DNA of 64,000 nucleotides from the human T2T-CHM13v2.0 reference genome, Homo sapiens. Position numbers and translations under genes: made by a program. The notes beneath the pieces were generated by a model. The model had not been told where the DNA came from. It ran no database searches and saw only the letters and a list, made by a program, of their open reading frames with translations. Below, piece after piece: positions 38,423 to 56,934 of the stretch; within the stretch, counting starts at the first letter, position 1, and each line of letters begins with the position of its first letter. The stretch is taken from NCBI RefSeq assembly GCF_009914755.1, contig NC_060940.1; one strand, given 5' to 3'.

Positions 38423-39441
38423 CAAAGGAACTAATGTTTATTTTAGTTCTAACAAGCATGGAGAGTTAAAAGTGCATTCTGCAGGAATGAATTGAAACCG
38501 AGTTCCCAGAGGGCGGGCTCCAGTCTGTTATAATCACCATTGTGTCTCTATCTCGGGATGCAGTAAAGGCCTGGTAATATGAGTTGCTCAAGGGAGTGGA
38601 TTTTCACCTTTTTTCCTCTTGTGTCAGGGAGAGGCAGCTGGTTGTAGTGGAATGATGCATTACAAACTATTTGCTCTCAGTGAATGGGAACACTTGGTTT
38701 TGATCCTGGCTCTGAGAGTAGTAGGTCGCTTGACCTCTCTGTGCCTCAGTTTCGCAAGCTATGAAGTGGAGGAGGCTTCCCTCAAGGATTCTTTGTGGTG
38801 CTGACCATCTGTTCTGGGAAAGGAGCCAGAATATCCACATTCTCATTTGCGGTGATTAAAGAACCACTCTGCTGAAGTTTCTCATGACTTGCCTGACCTC
38901 GTTAGTTTCTTTGATACCAAAGACAGGTGTCTTCCTTTCCCCCTTGCCTACTGTCTCCTTTACACATGTGGTGACATTCAGGTGAATTTGAATGGCTTTT
39001 GGCTAGGCAAGCCAGTATCAGTAAACACACTGGCTTGGACATTTGGCCCATAACTTTTTATACCCGAGGCCAGGTGTTGGCCGATGTGGGAAGAGGGCTG
39101 GAAAGAGGCAGAATGGTATTTGTGTGAGTGCCAGACCCCTGTGGACTGTTTTGCTGAGATGCTGTCTTATGGAGTTTGTAGAGGTGAATCAACAACTGTC
39201 TTTGTGAAAGGCAAATGTCACCTTCAGGTTTTAATTCTGAGTGGCCAGCAGCCCTTACATTGCCACTGTATATCATCAGAGCCACTAGAATATTAGATAT
39301 GTAAATCCTTTCTGCACTTTACACATCCTTTAGTTTTGTAGGGCCCTGATGTCAGTGATCACGGCAAGTTGAGAAGCAATGTGTTGGGATGGAAAGAACA
39401 TGGGTCAGGCAGACCACAGCACTGCTGTTCAAGAGCTGTGT

Positions 39442-39725
39442 GGCTACGTGCAGTGGTTCCTGGCTGTAATCCCAACACTTTGGGAGGACAAGGCAGGAGG
39501 ATTGCTTGAGGCCAGGAGTTCAAAACCAGCCTGGGCAACATAGTGAGACCCCCCTCTCTTTACAAAAGAAGAAGACAGAAAAGCCAGACATGGTGGCACG
39601 TGCCTGTAATCCCAGCTACTCGGAAGGTTGAGGCAGGAGGATCTCTTGAACCCAGGAGTTGTAGGCTACTGTGAGCCTTGATCGCACCACAGCCTGGGTG
39701 ACAGAGTGAGACCGTGTCTTAAAGA
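39442..39725 (+). mobile_element. Alu (AluJ)
   Basis: Diverged dimer. Confidence 0.85.
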
Positions 39726-40169
39726 GAAAGATCTATGTGACCCCGGGCAAATGCTTTAATTTCTCTGAACTCGTTTTCCCAGTCCTTGAAATGGTGGTAA
39801 TATTATCCCCTTGGTGGATTCCTGGGAGTTATATGAAGTGTCTGTTGTATCTGGGAACCTCATTGGAGGCTCATAGATAGTTTTAGAGATTTCAGATACC
39901 TCTTGCAATTGTGTGCAAAATCGTGCTTGTGTGTTTGTGCACATACGTGGATTTTCCTGGGGAGAAGTTCCTTTGCTTTCACGACTCTCCTTCAGAGTGT
40001 TCCAGGCTTTAGAAAAAAGTAAGAAACACGAAACACTTCAGGTAGTTAGCAGGTGGTAATTGCACATAGTGTCTGGGGCAACACTGGCAATCGTGGTATC
40101 ATTATTTTTGTTTTTACTGTTCTGCTTGCTGATGTTAAACCAGCTACACTGGCTGTGTTCTTACGCACA

Positions 40170-40320
40170 TCCCTACATGTATTAGCAGTGGGAACCTGGG
40201 CAAGTTATTTAAGCTAACTGTGCCTCAGCGTTCTCGTCTATAAAATGGGGCTATCATAGTACCCCTCTGACACAGTTGTGAGGATTAAATGAACTAACAG
40301 ATGGAAGATACTCAGAAGAT
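40170..40320. mobile_element. MIR relic
   Basis: gggcaagttatttaa..tgtgcctcag..tataaaatgggg..gttgtgaggattaaatga. Confidence 0.7.
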
Positions 40321-40697
40321 ACACTATGTAAATTACCACCTGAGCTATCGAAGGGTGTTATATGCTATGTAAATTATACCTTGATAAGAAAAATTGGAAA
40401 AAAAATCCAAGAGAGTATCTGGCATCTTAAAGACTGAATAACTGGTAGGTGTGATCATTAACAACACCCTCAAAGGGTACGTTGCTGACGAATCTTCCTG
40501 AAAACAACATCTGGGCCTTATTGTTGAACTGCAAATAGGTTGACCTGATTTTCCATCTTACTGAAACCATCCCTCCTGCAGAGGCCCTGAAGTTCCCTTT
40601 AGCTGGTATCTACCCCTCAATCCTCCCTCTGGTTAAGAGGACATAAACCAGGCTACTCTTTCTATGAGGCCTGAAAATTGGAAGTGATCAGGCAGGA

Positions 40698-40922
40698 TGG
40701 TGGTTCTTAGCTGGGGGTGATTGCAACCCCCAGGGGACATTTAGCCATGTCTGGGACATATATGGTTGTCACACCTGGGATGAGGGTCCTTCCGGCATCT
40801 GCTAAGTAGAGCCCAGGGATGCTGCTGAACGTCCTGTGGTGGACAGGACAGGTCCTCCCAACAGGACAGCTCCTCCCAACACAGCATTATCTAGTCCCAA
40901 ACGACAGTACTTGAGAAACCCC
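40698..40922. mobile_element. MER20 (hAT-Charlie) with small internal duplication acaggacag(g/c)tcctccca
   Basis: ggttcttagctgggggtgatt..ccccaggggacattt..tgtctggga..ggttgtcac..gatgctgct..ttgagaaaccc. Confidence 0.75.
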
Positions 40923-41471
40923 AAGACAGAAGGAAGCAGCAGGGCCGTTTTCCAGGAACCGTATTTTGTCTTAGGCTTTTTTTTTAAAACCTCTCGCCTC
41001 CTGCATAGGTCAAGGAATGAAACTTAGGAAAAAATGAGCCTAAAGAAAATGATAGATCCCAGGGAGCATTTGTTTGTGTGTGTGCGCATGCATGTGTGTG
41101 TGTATGTTTGGGAGCTTTTTCGTGCCATCACTCCTGCAATGAAGATGATGATTTAGGAAGGCAGTAGATGCATAATGATACAGACCTGTGGAATGCACCA
41201 GACTAAGTGATCCTGACTCCGTAGCTGCGGAAGTACCGTCACTGCTGCGGAAACCAGCTCACTGGTACTACTTTACTAGATCTTAATCAAAATTCATTCA
41301 GTTGATATTTGTTGGTGTTTACAACAGCCTTGTCTCCCTTCACCTCCTTTTTAACAACAAAGTTTCTACTCTTGAGTTAATTTCGTTTGAATATATGGTT
41401 ATTTGGGAGCTGGAGGTTGCAAGAAAGCGGCTCAGGCTTTATTCCTGCCAATTTCAGGAAGAGCCACATTG

Positions 41472-41490
41472 GAGCCACCAGGGGGCGCCC
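41472..41490 (+). promoter_or_regulatory. CTCF-binding motif
   Basis: GAGCCACCAGGGGGCGCCC matches the CTCF core CCASCAGRKGGCRS in non-Alu sequence, with its CpG retained. Confidence 0.7.
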
Positions 41491-44400
41491 TAGTCTTTTC
41501 TCTGCCGCTTTCCTTCCGCAGCTGCGGGTGGTGGTTATCTGAATTTTTCATGTCCAGCGCGGTACCCCTTTCAGTGGTGAGGTCGCGAGTGGTGGTGGTG
41601 TTGAGAGCAGTGGTCTTTTCTAGTTGAAAAACATCAAGCATGCATGCAGCTTTCTGTTCACCATCAGTATAGCACAGTCATGCATTGCCAGTCACTTTGT
41701 GGTCCTGTTCTAAAAGGGAATTTGCAGCTCATCAGAAAACATTTCCCCTGTGTCATTGCTTTTCATGAGATATAATTGATTAGCTGTGGGTATTCAGCTT
41801 TTGAATCCCGATTGTTGCCTTCTTGCCCCTTTTTTTGGGGCTGGGGAGTGAAGGTGATAGAGTCAGGTGAGCCCAGACCATCCGGCCCATTTGTTTCCTT
41901 TTAATTTGTTAGAGCTTTTGATTGTGAGCCAGGGCAGAGAGGGCAAGAAAAACATCCTTACTTGTCAATAGGCTGTGTTGAGGGGGTCCTTTTTTTTCCT
42001 CTTGGCTATTATTGGAAGAGATTCTCAACGCTAGTGAGGCGTTCTGGCTCATCGCCTAGCAACACAATTCCAAACATTCGGCAGCTCCAGAAATGAAGTT
42101 GAGGAGTGCTGTAGTAACATCAGAGAGAGATGCGAGGCCCCGCAGCCAGCTGCTTGCTTGGCTAAGGGCTTCATGATAAAATTTTAGGATGAGATGGTGG
42201 GGCAGTGGCCGTTAAATCGGCTGCAGTCTGAGCCCCCTGCCCCTTAACTGCCGAGAAGTGAACCTAGGTGACGTGGCCAACACAGATCCCTCACGCTGGG
42301 CATCTTTCTTTAAAGGGGAAACTTCCCACTGAATTTTGTGTATTAGCCCTTCAGTGACTGTCTTAGTGTCTTAGTAATTGGAAGGTTCCAGATGGCATTT
42401 AGACATGCCTCACTTCTTTATCATCTGTTTATTCATTCACCAAACATTTACCAAACATCTCTCATGTGCTGGGCGCAGTTCTAGGTGCTGAGGAGCCAGA
42501 GGTGGGGATCCAGCTTGGCCATGCACAAGCTCTGTGTCACATGTTAAAATTTCTCCATCATTATAATGCAGATTTAAGAGTGCCAGCACCATGGGCTGTT
42601 GTGAGGACTAAATGAGTTCATACACAGAGAGTGCTTTGACATTGCGCTCAGCACTCAGGAGATGTTAGCTCTTCTCACATGGGCCCTGCCCACAGAGCAT
42701 TCTAGTGGAGTTTTATGGTAATAAAGAAATGATGAATGATTGGATGGGGCAAAACGGGAGGCAATGGGGTCATGTGGGAGTGATGTACTCTTTGTTATCT
42801 GTGGCACTGAACAACCGCCACTCGATCCACCCATGGGAACGAGTTCCCCGTGAAGTGGGAAATTCCTAATGGAAGTTTTAGGTTATGCAGTACAGCTCCC
42901 AACTCCTTACCTGGAAAAAGACCAGTGCTGGATGCTGGTCACTCATATAGACCCTGGATTCCTTGCTCCCAGGAGGGGAAGGAGGAACCGATGACAGCAG
43001 GATGAATGTAGCAAGGATAGGGTGGCTGAGGTCCAGAGGGTCACAGGAGGGAAAGGTTAAGGGCTCGGTGCAGGGGAGGTCAGGAGGTCTTGCACAGATG
43101 GGGATGCTGGGCCAGAAGGGAACCTCCCTGCAGTGTGCAAAGGGGGCTGACAGTGATCTTCCAGGCTGCACCTCTGGTTCCGTCACTAAGCACTGCAGGA
43201 TGTCCGGATGGGCTTGAGGAGCTGTTGTCGCCATTATGAAGCCCTTGAGGAAGCATTGGTGATGGTGCTGCCGAGTACTGAGTCTGTCCTTGTCACCCGT
43301 TAACTCACGCATGTCTGCGATCCTGTGAGAGCTTGCGGTGATCCCCATTTCACAGAGGAGACGGGAGTGCTTAGCGGTAGATAAACCTAGCCAGCATCAC
43401 ACAGCCAGTGGCCGGTGGAGCTGGGTTGCACAGCTAGGCTCTTACTCCGGGAAGAATATGTTTTAGCTTCACCTGGAGACCCTGCACCAAGCCAGAGGGC
43501 ATTTTGAAGGGGCTGTATTTCAGGCCGACTTCCCGCATCTGGCTGGTTGTTCCCTGCCTCACCAGGCTCTCACTTGTCTGTGGTTAATGATCCAGGCTGC
43601 AGTGAGTACACAAGGTCTCAGTATCATTTCTGTGCTGTTGGTTTGGGCCACACATGATTTTTTTTTTTTGGTCTTTTTTAGCATTTGTTCATTTTATTTG
43701 AGGTCTGCTGCATTCCTCCTGACCTCCCTAACAGCTCAGACTCTTAATTTGTTTACAGACTTTCAGGAAGGGCTGTCCCTGAACTCTAAGCTAGGATCAA
43801 CTTTTGGTCTGGAGGTTTCTAGCCGGCTATCTCAGCTGGGCCAGGCAGCAGCTTATGTAACCGTTTGATGCAATTCAGAGCCAATCCAAAATGGGCCTCT
43901 CGCTCAGGGGATGAGACGCGGTCAGACTTGTTTGAAATGTCAGCTTTGTTTGAGCTGGGACAGCTCAGTTTGTAAAGTTGGAAGGCGGGGGTGGTGGGGA
44001 GGCAGCTGGGTGTGAGTTTATTGGGAAGGAGTAGCCTGACTGGGCTGCTTCATTAAAGTTGGGGGAGCTGCACCGCCCTGGAGGAGAGCACCCCAGGCTC
44101 CTGCAGTCCCACATGAAGGGCTCACGTCCTGGCTTTGCCATTTACTTTGTCCGTTTCCTTATTTCCAAAAGGAGGTGAATAGCACTTGCCATGTGCAGTG
44201 CCCGCACACGCTGGGCCCAGAGGACGCTCAGTACGTGGCCGGGGTGCTTACGTTTTGGTTGCAGCCCAGCAGTTCTAACCCTTCCCCTGCCCCCTCCTTC
44301 AACTCCTTTTCCTCCTCCTCTTCTCCCTCCTGCCCTAGACCTTAAATATTAATGTTAAAAATTTGTATTTAAATTTTTGTTTTGCATAAGTATATATTTA

Positions 44401-46337
44401 CATGGAACAAAACTCAAAAGGTACGTATGGGATACCGTAAAGGATTTCTCTTCCACTCCCACATCAGCCACCTTGCTCCCCGTCCAGGACTCTAACCATT
44501 GGAGTTCACCTTCTGGAAGAACGTCGCTGCCCAGTTGAATAGGGGGTTGGGCATACTGGAGCTCCCACTTGCAGTGGCCACCGCGTGCCCTTTGATGGGA
44601 CGTTACATTGCATTTCAGCAGCACCCAGCTGCTTCCAGGTGTCTGTACACACCGTCGGTTTCATGTGCGCAGACGATTCAGTTTCATGCGCGCCCGATTC
44701 AGTTTCATGCTCTTCCGTCTGCCGGGACACCCTCCCCTCTCCTCCTCTTTTGCCTGGGTCGTGCTTATTCATCCTGTAAGACACAGCTTAGGCGTCACCT
44801 CCTCCAGACAGACAGACACGTGAAGATCAAGAGGCTAGCTTTGTCATCAGTAAAGCTGGTTGGAAAACAGAGCTTTGAACCTGTGGGAAGGTGGGCTTAC
44901 AAAACCTCGTCCCTGAGTCTAACAGTCAGAGGTAGAGACCCCCCTCAGGGCAGTTCCTGAGCACACCTTGTGGGGAGGTGAACAGGTGGGTGGGCTCTGA
45001 GAGAACCCACAGGAGCTGAGCTGAGGAAGAGCGCCTCCTGTCTGGCCCAAGTGGGCCAGGTCACTCCCTGCATTGTGGGAGCAGAGAGTACGGGACAGAA
45101 AGAGTGAGGGTGGGAACTGGGGAGTGGGGACCTACTTCATGTGAAAATGGGAGGTCAGAGAACTGGTGGCTCCCCTCCAGCACAGAGCACTTCATGAGGA
45201 AAGAGACACTTAGGTTTCAGGCTGTTGTTAGATACATGGCTGTGGCTGGTGACTTTGCTGAGGTTCTGTTTTCTCTTCTGCAGAATGGGACTAATTACCT
45301 GTCTTTCACATGTTTGCTGTGAACATTGGCTAAAATAAAGTAGGTAGAGAGTGGTGTCTGAGTCTGCGAGGTGGTCAGCTCAGCACTAAACCCAGGGCCC
45401 TTGGTTCCGTTTTCTTGTACTGCCCTTCTCCCTGATTCTTCTCGAACCTCCCATCTCCTCTTCCACTGAAGGAAGGAAGAGGCACCGTGATTTTTGAATG
45501 GGGTTGTGTAGCTCGTAGGGGAGTTGGGTATGTGTGAGGAAGGGCCAGTGAGTTGGTGCTGCATTGTTCCTGGGTAGTTAGGTGACAGCTGGCAGCTCAG
45601 TATTTAGTGACCTAAACAGGGAGGCTCCAGGGACAGGAGCAGATGCAGCCTGTCTGAGGGCGGCTCTGCCCTTGGCTCTTGGGTCCCCCACAGCGTTCTG
45701 GCCCGGACTCCCGGTGAGGGTGGAGTCCTGTCGGCCTCCAGAAGGAAGCCCAGTTCTGACCATGCCCTCTACCCTTTTGTATTCAGACTCCCACCAGCAT
45801 CTGGGAGGACTTGCACCAGCCTGCTGTGCCCTTTTGATTCGTGGAGTGTGGATCCCTGGGCTGAGGGACGGAGCAGAATGCCTATTGTGCCTATGTTCCT
45901 GGGGTGCTAGCCCACCTCCCTCTGTGGTGCAGTGCCCTCATGACTGCCTGGCTCTGAGATGGAAGGACCCTAAATGCAAATCCATCTCTGGAGTGGCACT
46001 CTCCTGTGAGCGCTAGGCATGATGAACCCGGGATGATGGTACTTGATCAGTGTGCAGGCACTGTGCTCAGTACTGGACATGGATTTCCCCTGTCTAGTCC
46101 TTGCAGCGACCCCATGCAGCGGCTACTGTTATCGCCTCTCTCTCATTGAGCAGAATCAAGGCTCAGCGATGGAGGAACTTGTCCAGCATAGGGAGTCCTT
46201 GGTGGGAGAGCATGGGACTTCAAAGCCCACCTCTTAAACTGTGAGCCCAATACCTTCTGGCTTTTCATCCTTCAGTCATTCATTCACCAAATGTTTACAA
46301 AGGCCTGCTGTGTGTCAGGTGCTGTGCTGGCTCTAGG

Positions 46338-46549
46338 CAGGGTGTCTCCACTGCGGCACTGTCGACCTTTGGATTGGATCATCCTTGGCTGTCCTGTGCA
46401 TTGTAGGAAATTTTGCGGTGTCTCTGGCCTCTACGCACTAGTTGCTGGTAGCACCACCACCAGTTGTGACAGGCAAGTGTCTGTGGACAGTGCCCAGCGT
46501 CCTCCAGGGGAGCGGGGTAGGTAAAACTGCCCTTGGTTGAAACCCGCTG
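46338..46549. mobile_element. MER20 (opposite orientation) inside an L2 relic
   Basis: ggcactgtcgac..ctgtcctgtgcattgtagga..cagttgtgaca..ttggttgaaacc. Confidence 0.7.
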
Positions 46550-47489
46550 CTCTAGGAATCCATAAGCAGAAGAGACATGTCAGGTGGGGCTCTGTCCTCT
46601 ACGGTAAAGTAAGGATGGACAAGAGGAAGGACGGTGCATGCTGGAGGGGCTGCTGTGTCCAGATCGGGCTGTCTGCAGAGGCCTGTCTGACAAGGTGACT
46701 TTTGAGTAGGGGCCTGAATAAAGTGAGGAAGAGATCATGGGGATGTGGAAGGAAGAGTGTGCTTGGCAGAGGGAACGGCCAGGACAGAGGCCCTGGGTGG
46801 GGGTGCTGGGTGTGGCTGGGGCAGGAGGAGATGAGGCAGAGAAGTTGGGGATGGGGTGGGTGGGGTGGCCTCAGCTTTCACCCTGAGTGAGTAGGGGTGC
46901 TGCTGGGGGCATTAGAGCAGAGGTGGTGAGACAGGTCATCTGGCCCCTGGGTGGACTGGGGGACAGCAGGGAGGGCAGCTGGCAGGTGGGGGTCACAATG
47001 TAGGCAGCAGATGCTGGCCACCTGGGGGAGGGCTGGGGACTTTTTGATTAGGAGGATGACCTTTGGGTTTTCTCCACATTGAAACGATCAGTGCAACACC
47101 TGCCCACGGTGAAAACACCCATCCATGGCCCATCTCTTCTCAATTCCCAGGACGAAGAGTGCCACGAAGAGTGCCTCTCCAGTCTTTCAGCTGTTACTTC
47201 ATTGGAGGGACACTCTTCTTCTACCACCATTTCTTGAATTGGCACGTTTTAGACATTACCAGTTTCCTGCTGGAATAGGTAGAGGTTGTGCGTGCGCATC
47301 CTGAGCATCCTGCTGGGCTGAAGGGAGCAGCCTATTTTGTTCTCTCCTTTCTCAGGGCTCTGCATTATTTTCTTCTTCATCTGGGTGTCCTAATGTACCT
47401 TTGTGGCCCCCCCCAACTTTTTTTTTTTTTTTTTTTTTTGCCTTGCAGAACCTTTAGCATCTCTCTCATTCTGTTCTTCCTCCTACTAA

Positions 47490-47819
<330 letters not shown>

Positions 47820-47893
47820 TAATCATCTTATGTTGGCAGCTGTAGTTTTAGTCATAGCTGTCTCTTGGTAATAATGAAAAAGGAAAGTATCTT

Positions 47894-49977
<2,084 letters not shown>

Positions 49978-50386
49978 AAGGAAAGTGTATTCTTAATGTT
50001 TCCTTGTCTCCATGATCATCCTTCTGTGATGTTTTTGTAATCATCAATTTATTCTTCATTCCTAGAGTCCTAATTATGTGATTAGAACCTTTCTAGAATT
50101 CGCTGCTAAAAAAGATGAACTACACTTGCAAAAATGACCTATACTCGATTCAGTTTCCTGGAATTGGAAGCCTGCATTCCAGATGAGGCAGCAGAAAAAG
50201 TCAGAGTTTGTTTCCTTGAAACGGTGGCTACCACTTGATCCCATACCATCTGGCAGTTGTGTGTGTTGTTTGAAAATCAAGGCATAGTTTGATGCTTGTG
50301 GGTACTGAGCTGCCAGGAGAATCTTCTCAAGAAAAATCAGGCACAGAGATCACCCAGGCTATGGTTCTTTGAGGTCAGCGCTTTTA

Positions 50387-50804
<418 letters not shown>

Positions 50805-51295
50805 TTATTTTCATAAAGTGTAGTTGGAAGTTTCCTTAAATAGTGGGTGTACCTGTCACTGTGAATACTGGAAACCTCTTGTTATGTTTATCCATGCAAA
50901 TCTTTGTTAAAAATAGTTGGCAACCCTTGTCTTTATTGTTGTGCATTGTATGCAGAACTTTCTTTGCTTTCCAGACATAAGATCCAAAAGACAAATTGTA
51001 CTGAAGAAAGCGAACTGGAAAGAATGTCAAAGACTTGCCTTCTAGGGCTGGGTCTGAATGTCTGCTGGGAATGGCGGTGTGATTTGAAGAGTTGGCTCCA
51101 AATGCAGATCCACTCGGGTTTTATTAATGCTTCCTTCTGCAGGGTCCCTGCTCATCCACATAGGAAGGAGATTGAGGCTTACTTTGGAATTCCAGGGAAG
51201 TCAGCCTCAGTCTTCAGAGCATGAGGCAACACCGTGAGCAGTTTCTTAATGGTGAGGGTCACAGTTAACCCAAAAATGAGGCCAGACTGTGCTGA

Positions 51296-51636
<341 letters not shown>

Positions 51637-52599
51637 AGGAATCTAATTTCTAAAGTGCATTTTGGGAAAAAAAAAATCCACCCACAAATCTTTATTAAAG
51701 AGTGACCCTTATTAGTCTATATGTGATTTTCTTCTTTTCTAAGTAGCACTGGTGACTCAGGTGATGCATTTTAGTGATGGAAAAACTCAAAACACAGAGA
51801 CAATGCTGTGTTTCCAGGGTCTCCTAGCCCTTCTCTCCTCCTGCCCCAGAAGCCTTCAGGCCCAGCAGTGCGGTGTGTGGTCCTGCTGCACAGGTGAGCC
51901 ACAGTCCTTGGAGTGGAGAGATTAGCTTGGAAAGAAGAGATCTGCAAAGCTCTTTTTGGGCGAATATTAAGTTTGGTGAATGAGTGGAGAAGTTGGGTGG
52001 GGGACTGCGACCATATTTACCAGCGAGCTCAGCGGTGGGCGTCCTGGCTGGCCCAGCATGAGAGGAGATGAAGAGTGATTGCTTCCTGGAGGAGTCTGTA
52101 CTAATCCATCTTCATAAGCCTCAGCCGTGGCTCCTCTGGAGGGACAGAGCCAACGTTTCCATCTAAGTAACGCGAGGGAGGAGGGAGAGATGCTGAAGCA
52201 AGATTGTCACAGCTTAATGATACGAAATGCTCTCACCGGGGACTCTAGAAACTTGGCTTCTGTGAGTTTCATCTGCTCACCCCTGCCCTGTGTGGGCTGA
52301 GGGAGGGACTGAAAAGCTCCCCTCCTAATGTGTCAATGGCTTTGCCAGGAATTGCATCGGTGGTGTGTCAGGTGGGCTGTTGTCTGGTTTCTGTGACAGA
52401 GACCCTGAGCAACACTGGTTTAGACAAGGTAGAATTTTCTTTCTTCCCACTTGACAGTTTGAAGCCCAGTCCACTCTTCTTGGTGGTGCCATTACATTTC
52501 AGATGTTGCCCTTGTCCACGTGTCCATCACATGCACATTTCTGCCAGAGCGGAGATAAGGCCCCCTCCTCGGCCCCCTCCTTTTCTGCTGCTGCTTGTT

Positions 52600-53234
<635 letters not shown>

Positions 53235-53500
53235 TGCATCACTTCCTATTAACCTCACCTTGGCTGGAATTAGTTAAACGGCCACAGCTGCAAGGCTGCA
53301 CGTGAAGGCGAGAGATGTCTTTATTCTGAGTGGTCACCTGGCCAGCCAAGGCGCTTCAGTTACTACAGAAGAAGAAAATGGGTGTGGGGACAGCTGGCAT
53401 CTGCTCCAGGTGGAAGACAGCACGGGCCAATCTGACTGACCACAGCACTGTGGGTTTTTTTTTTTTTTTTTTAAAAACGTTTTTGCTTCGAAAGAATTTA

Positions 53501-53780
53501 AGACCTGGTGCGGTGGCTGATGCTTGTAATCCCAGCACTGTAGGAGGTTGAGGCAGGAGGATCACCTGAGGTCAGGAGTTCAAGACCAGCCTGGCCAACA
53601 TGCCGAAACCCCGTCTCTACTGAAAAATACAAAAATTAGCCAGGCATGGTGACTGAGGCAGGAGAATCTCTTGAACCTGGGAGACAGAGGTTGCAGTGAG
53701 CTGAGATGCGTTCCTTCATTCCGGCCTGGGCAACAGAGTGAGACTCTGCCTCAAAAAACAAAAACAAAAACAAAAAAAAG
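53501..53780 (+). mobile_element. Alu (AluSx) with internal deletion
   Basis: Right arm lacks the cctgtaatcccagctact segment. Confidence 0.85.
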
Positions 53781-54899
53781 AGGAGTTGCTGGTTATGTGG
53801 ATAGAAGAGAATCGAGGTGACGAGTGGGTGGTGGGCACCGTGGATGTGATGACTGCCTGCCCTGTCCAGGCATCTGCTTGTTCTGGAGTTTCATTCTCAG
53901 ACATCCTCCCCAGGCCCAGAAGCAGGTGTTCTGCTACCCGTCCATAGGAACTCTTCATTAGGAATGAAGAAACTGTGTGCCACAGGGATTGATTAACAAT
54001 CGTGTTTTAAGTGATAGAATTAGGTACTGTTGAAGCTATGAAATGAATTAGGCTGTGAGCTTTTTTTTTTAAGGCCAAAGATTGATTGACGGTAGTGGAA
54101 TGAGACTTCGAAATTTATTAGGAGTTGCTAGAAAAATAAGGAGGGGAAAGGTCCATGTTGAACCATAGAGATTTTCCATTTGACATCAATTGCTCTTTGC
54201 TGTTCCAAGGAGGATAATTATGCTACCCGAGCTGAGATGCAGATGGGCCAGGCTCTTTTTGGACAATCTTTAGGGTAGGAGAAGCCCTCCCAGTGGTAGA
54301 GGAAGTTGACTTTTACTAGCCTTGTCTGGCATTCTTTGATGAGCTATGGTAGAGGTTAGGAAGGGCCAGGACTGAGGTGGGGGAGAATGCCACCTGGCTC
54401 TTGAGGCTGGGACCCCAGGCCTGATGCCCTCCTTATGGAAGTTCCATGCCAGGCCAGGGGGAGACTCCATGATGGTGAGTGGCTTCCATGAGAAAAAGAC
54501 AACTGGGCTGGACTTGACCATGGGAGAACCAAGTCAGCAGGTGCACCAGAAGGTGTCACGGCACCTGGAGGCTGGTTCTGGCTCCAGACTTGAACCTTTT
54601 GAGTCTTGGAGGTGCTGTGTTTTCTCTTTTAGGAGAGGGGTCAGAGGCATCCAAGCTTGTTGGGTGACTACTATATCTGGGCACTGTGCATGCGGGAACC
54701 TCCATAGCCTGTAGCTCTCTTAATACCTACAACAGCCCTGTGAGTTGAGTGATCATGTCCCTGTGCCCCGATGCCACAGCTGGGCATCAGGGAGGTTCAG
54801 TCCATTACGTAGAGTTATGCTGGTGGTGGCCGGTGCAAGGGTTTGAACCCAGCCTGAGCCCTGAAGCCTCTGCTCCATCCATACACACGAAGCTGTCCC

Positions 54900-55658
<759 letters not shown>

Positions 55659-55828
55659 GCCCCCTGTCAGTGGCCTCACTACAGCACTAGTCCTAATTGT
55701 CTACATCCGGGACCCTCATGCATGCACCACGAAGCTGCTGTCATCTGGAGCAAGGAGGGACATGGTGAGTAGGGGATGCCCAGCCGTGCAGACTCTGGAA
55801 AGCTCCTGCAAGAAGGCTCAAGGGTTAA

Positions 55829-56146
<318 letters not shown>

Positions 56147-56934
56147 CTCGTCTTTAAAATGAGTGTGATCTCACTGTCCTGCCGTCTGCACTGGGCAAAG
56201 TGAATACGGAGGCTCCGACCCTAAGCTGGACCTGTCACTGGATGCTGAGCTTGCGGGGAGGTGTTTCAGAACTGCAGCTCACGTGTCTAAAGCTGCAAAT
56301 GGCTCTCAGATGACTCTCTTCCTGCATCCCTGCTTGGAGATACTTTCCCCTGAAGCTCCTGAGGCAGGAGAGAGGTGGAAGCATCCTTTATTTCCTGGGG
56401 TGAGGCAGCCCTTCCTCCCATGTGTCTAACGTCTCCTGCAGCCCAGCATGTCGTTCCCCACTTAGTCTGATTAAAGACTAATTTTCTAGCTCTGAAGGTG
56501 GAACTTAGAACAGACTTTTTCCTTTTCTCCAGGTGAGTGGGTTTTGCACAGATGACTCAGACCATAGACTGTGATGAACACAGAAGCAAGAGTCCAGCTT
56601 TTAGGGCCACCTTTTGGCCTGCTGAGCCCTGTGACGAGGAAGGGACGGCCTTTTGCTAGGGAAGAGCAGGTGTGGTGGCTGGGCTGCTTGACTCCCTTTG
56701 GTTTCTGAAGGCTTAGTGGTTGGGCTTGCGGTGAGACAAACGCCCAGGCTTTTAAAAACACCCTGCTCCAGGGTGGTCAATGTCACTTCACACAATGCCT
56801 TGGTATCTAAACCAACCTCTGGACTACAGCAGTTGTATCATCCAGTTTTCTGTTGACAGTCTGTGGACCTGAGCCCTTTTAAGACAGTGTGGTGGCCTGA
56901 GGAAACAAACCTGATTATTAACAAAAAATGGTGT

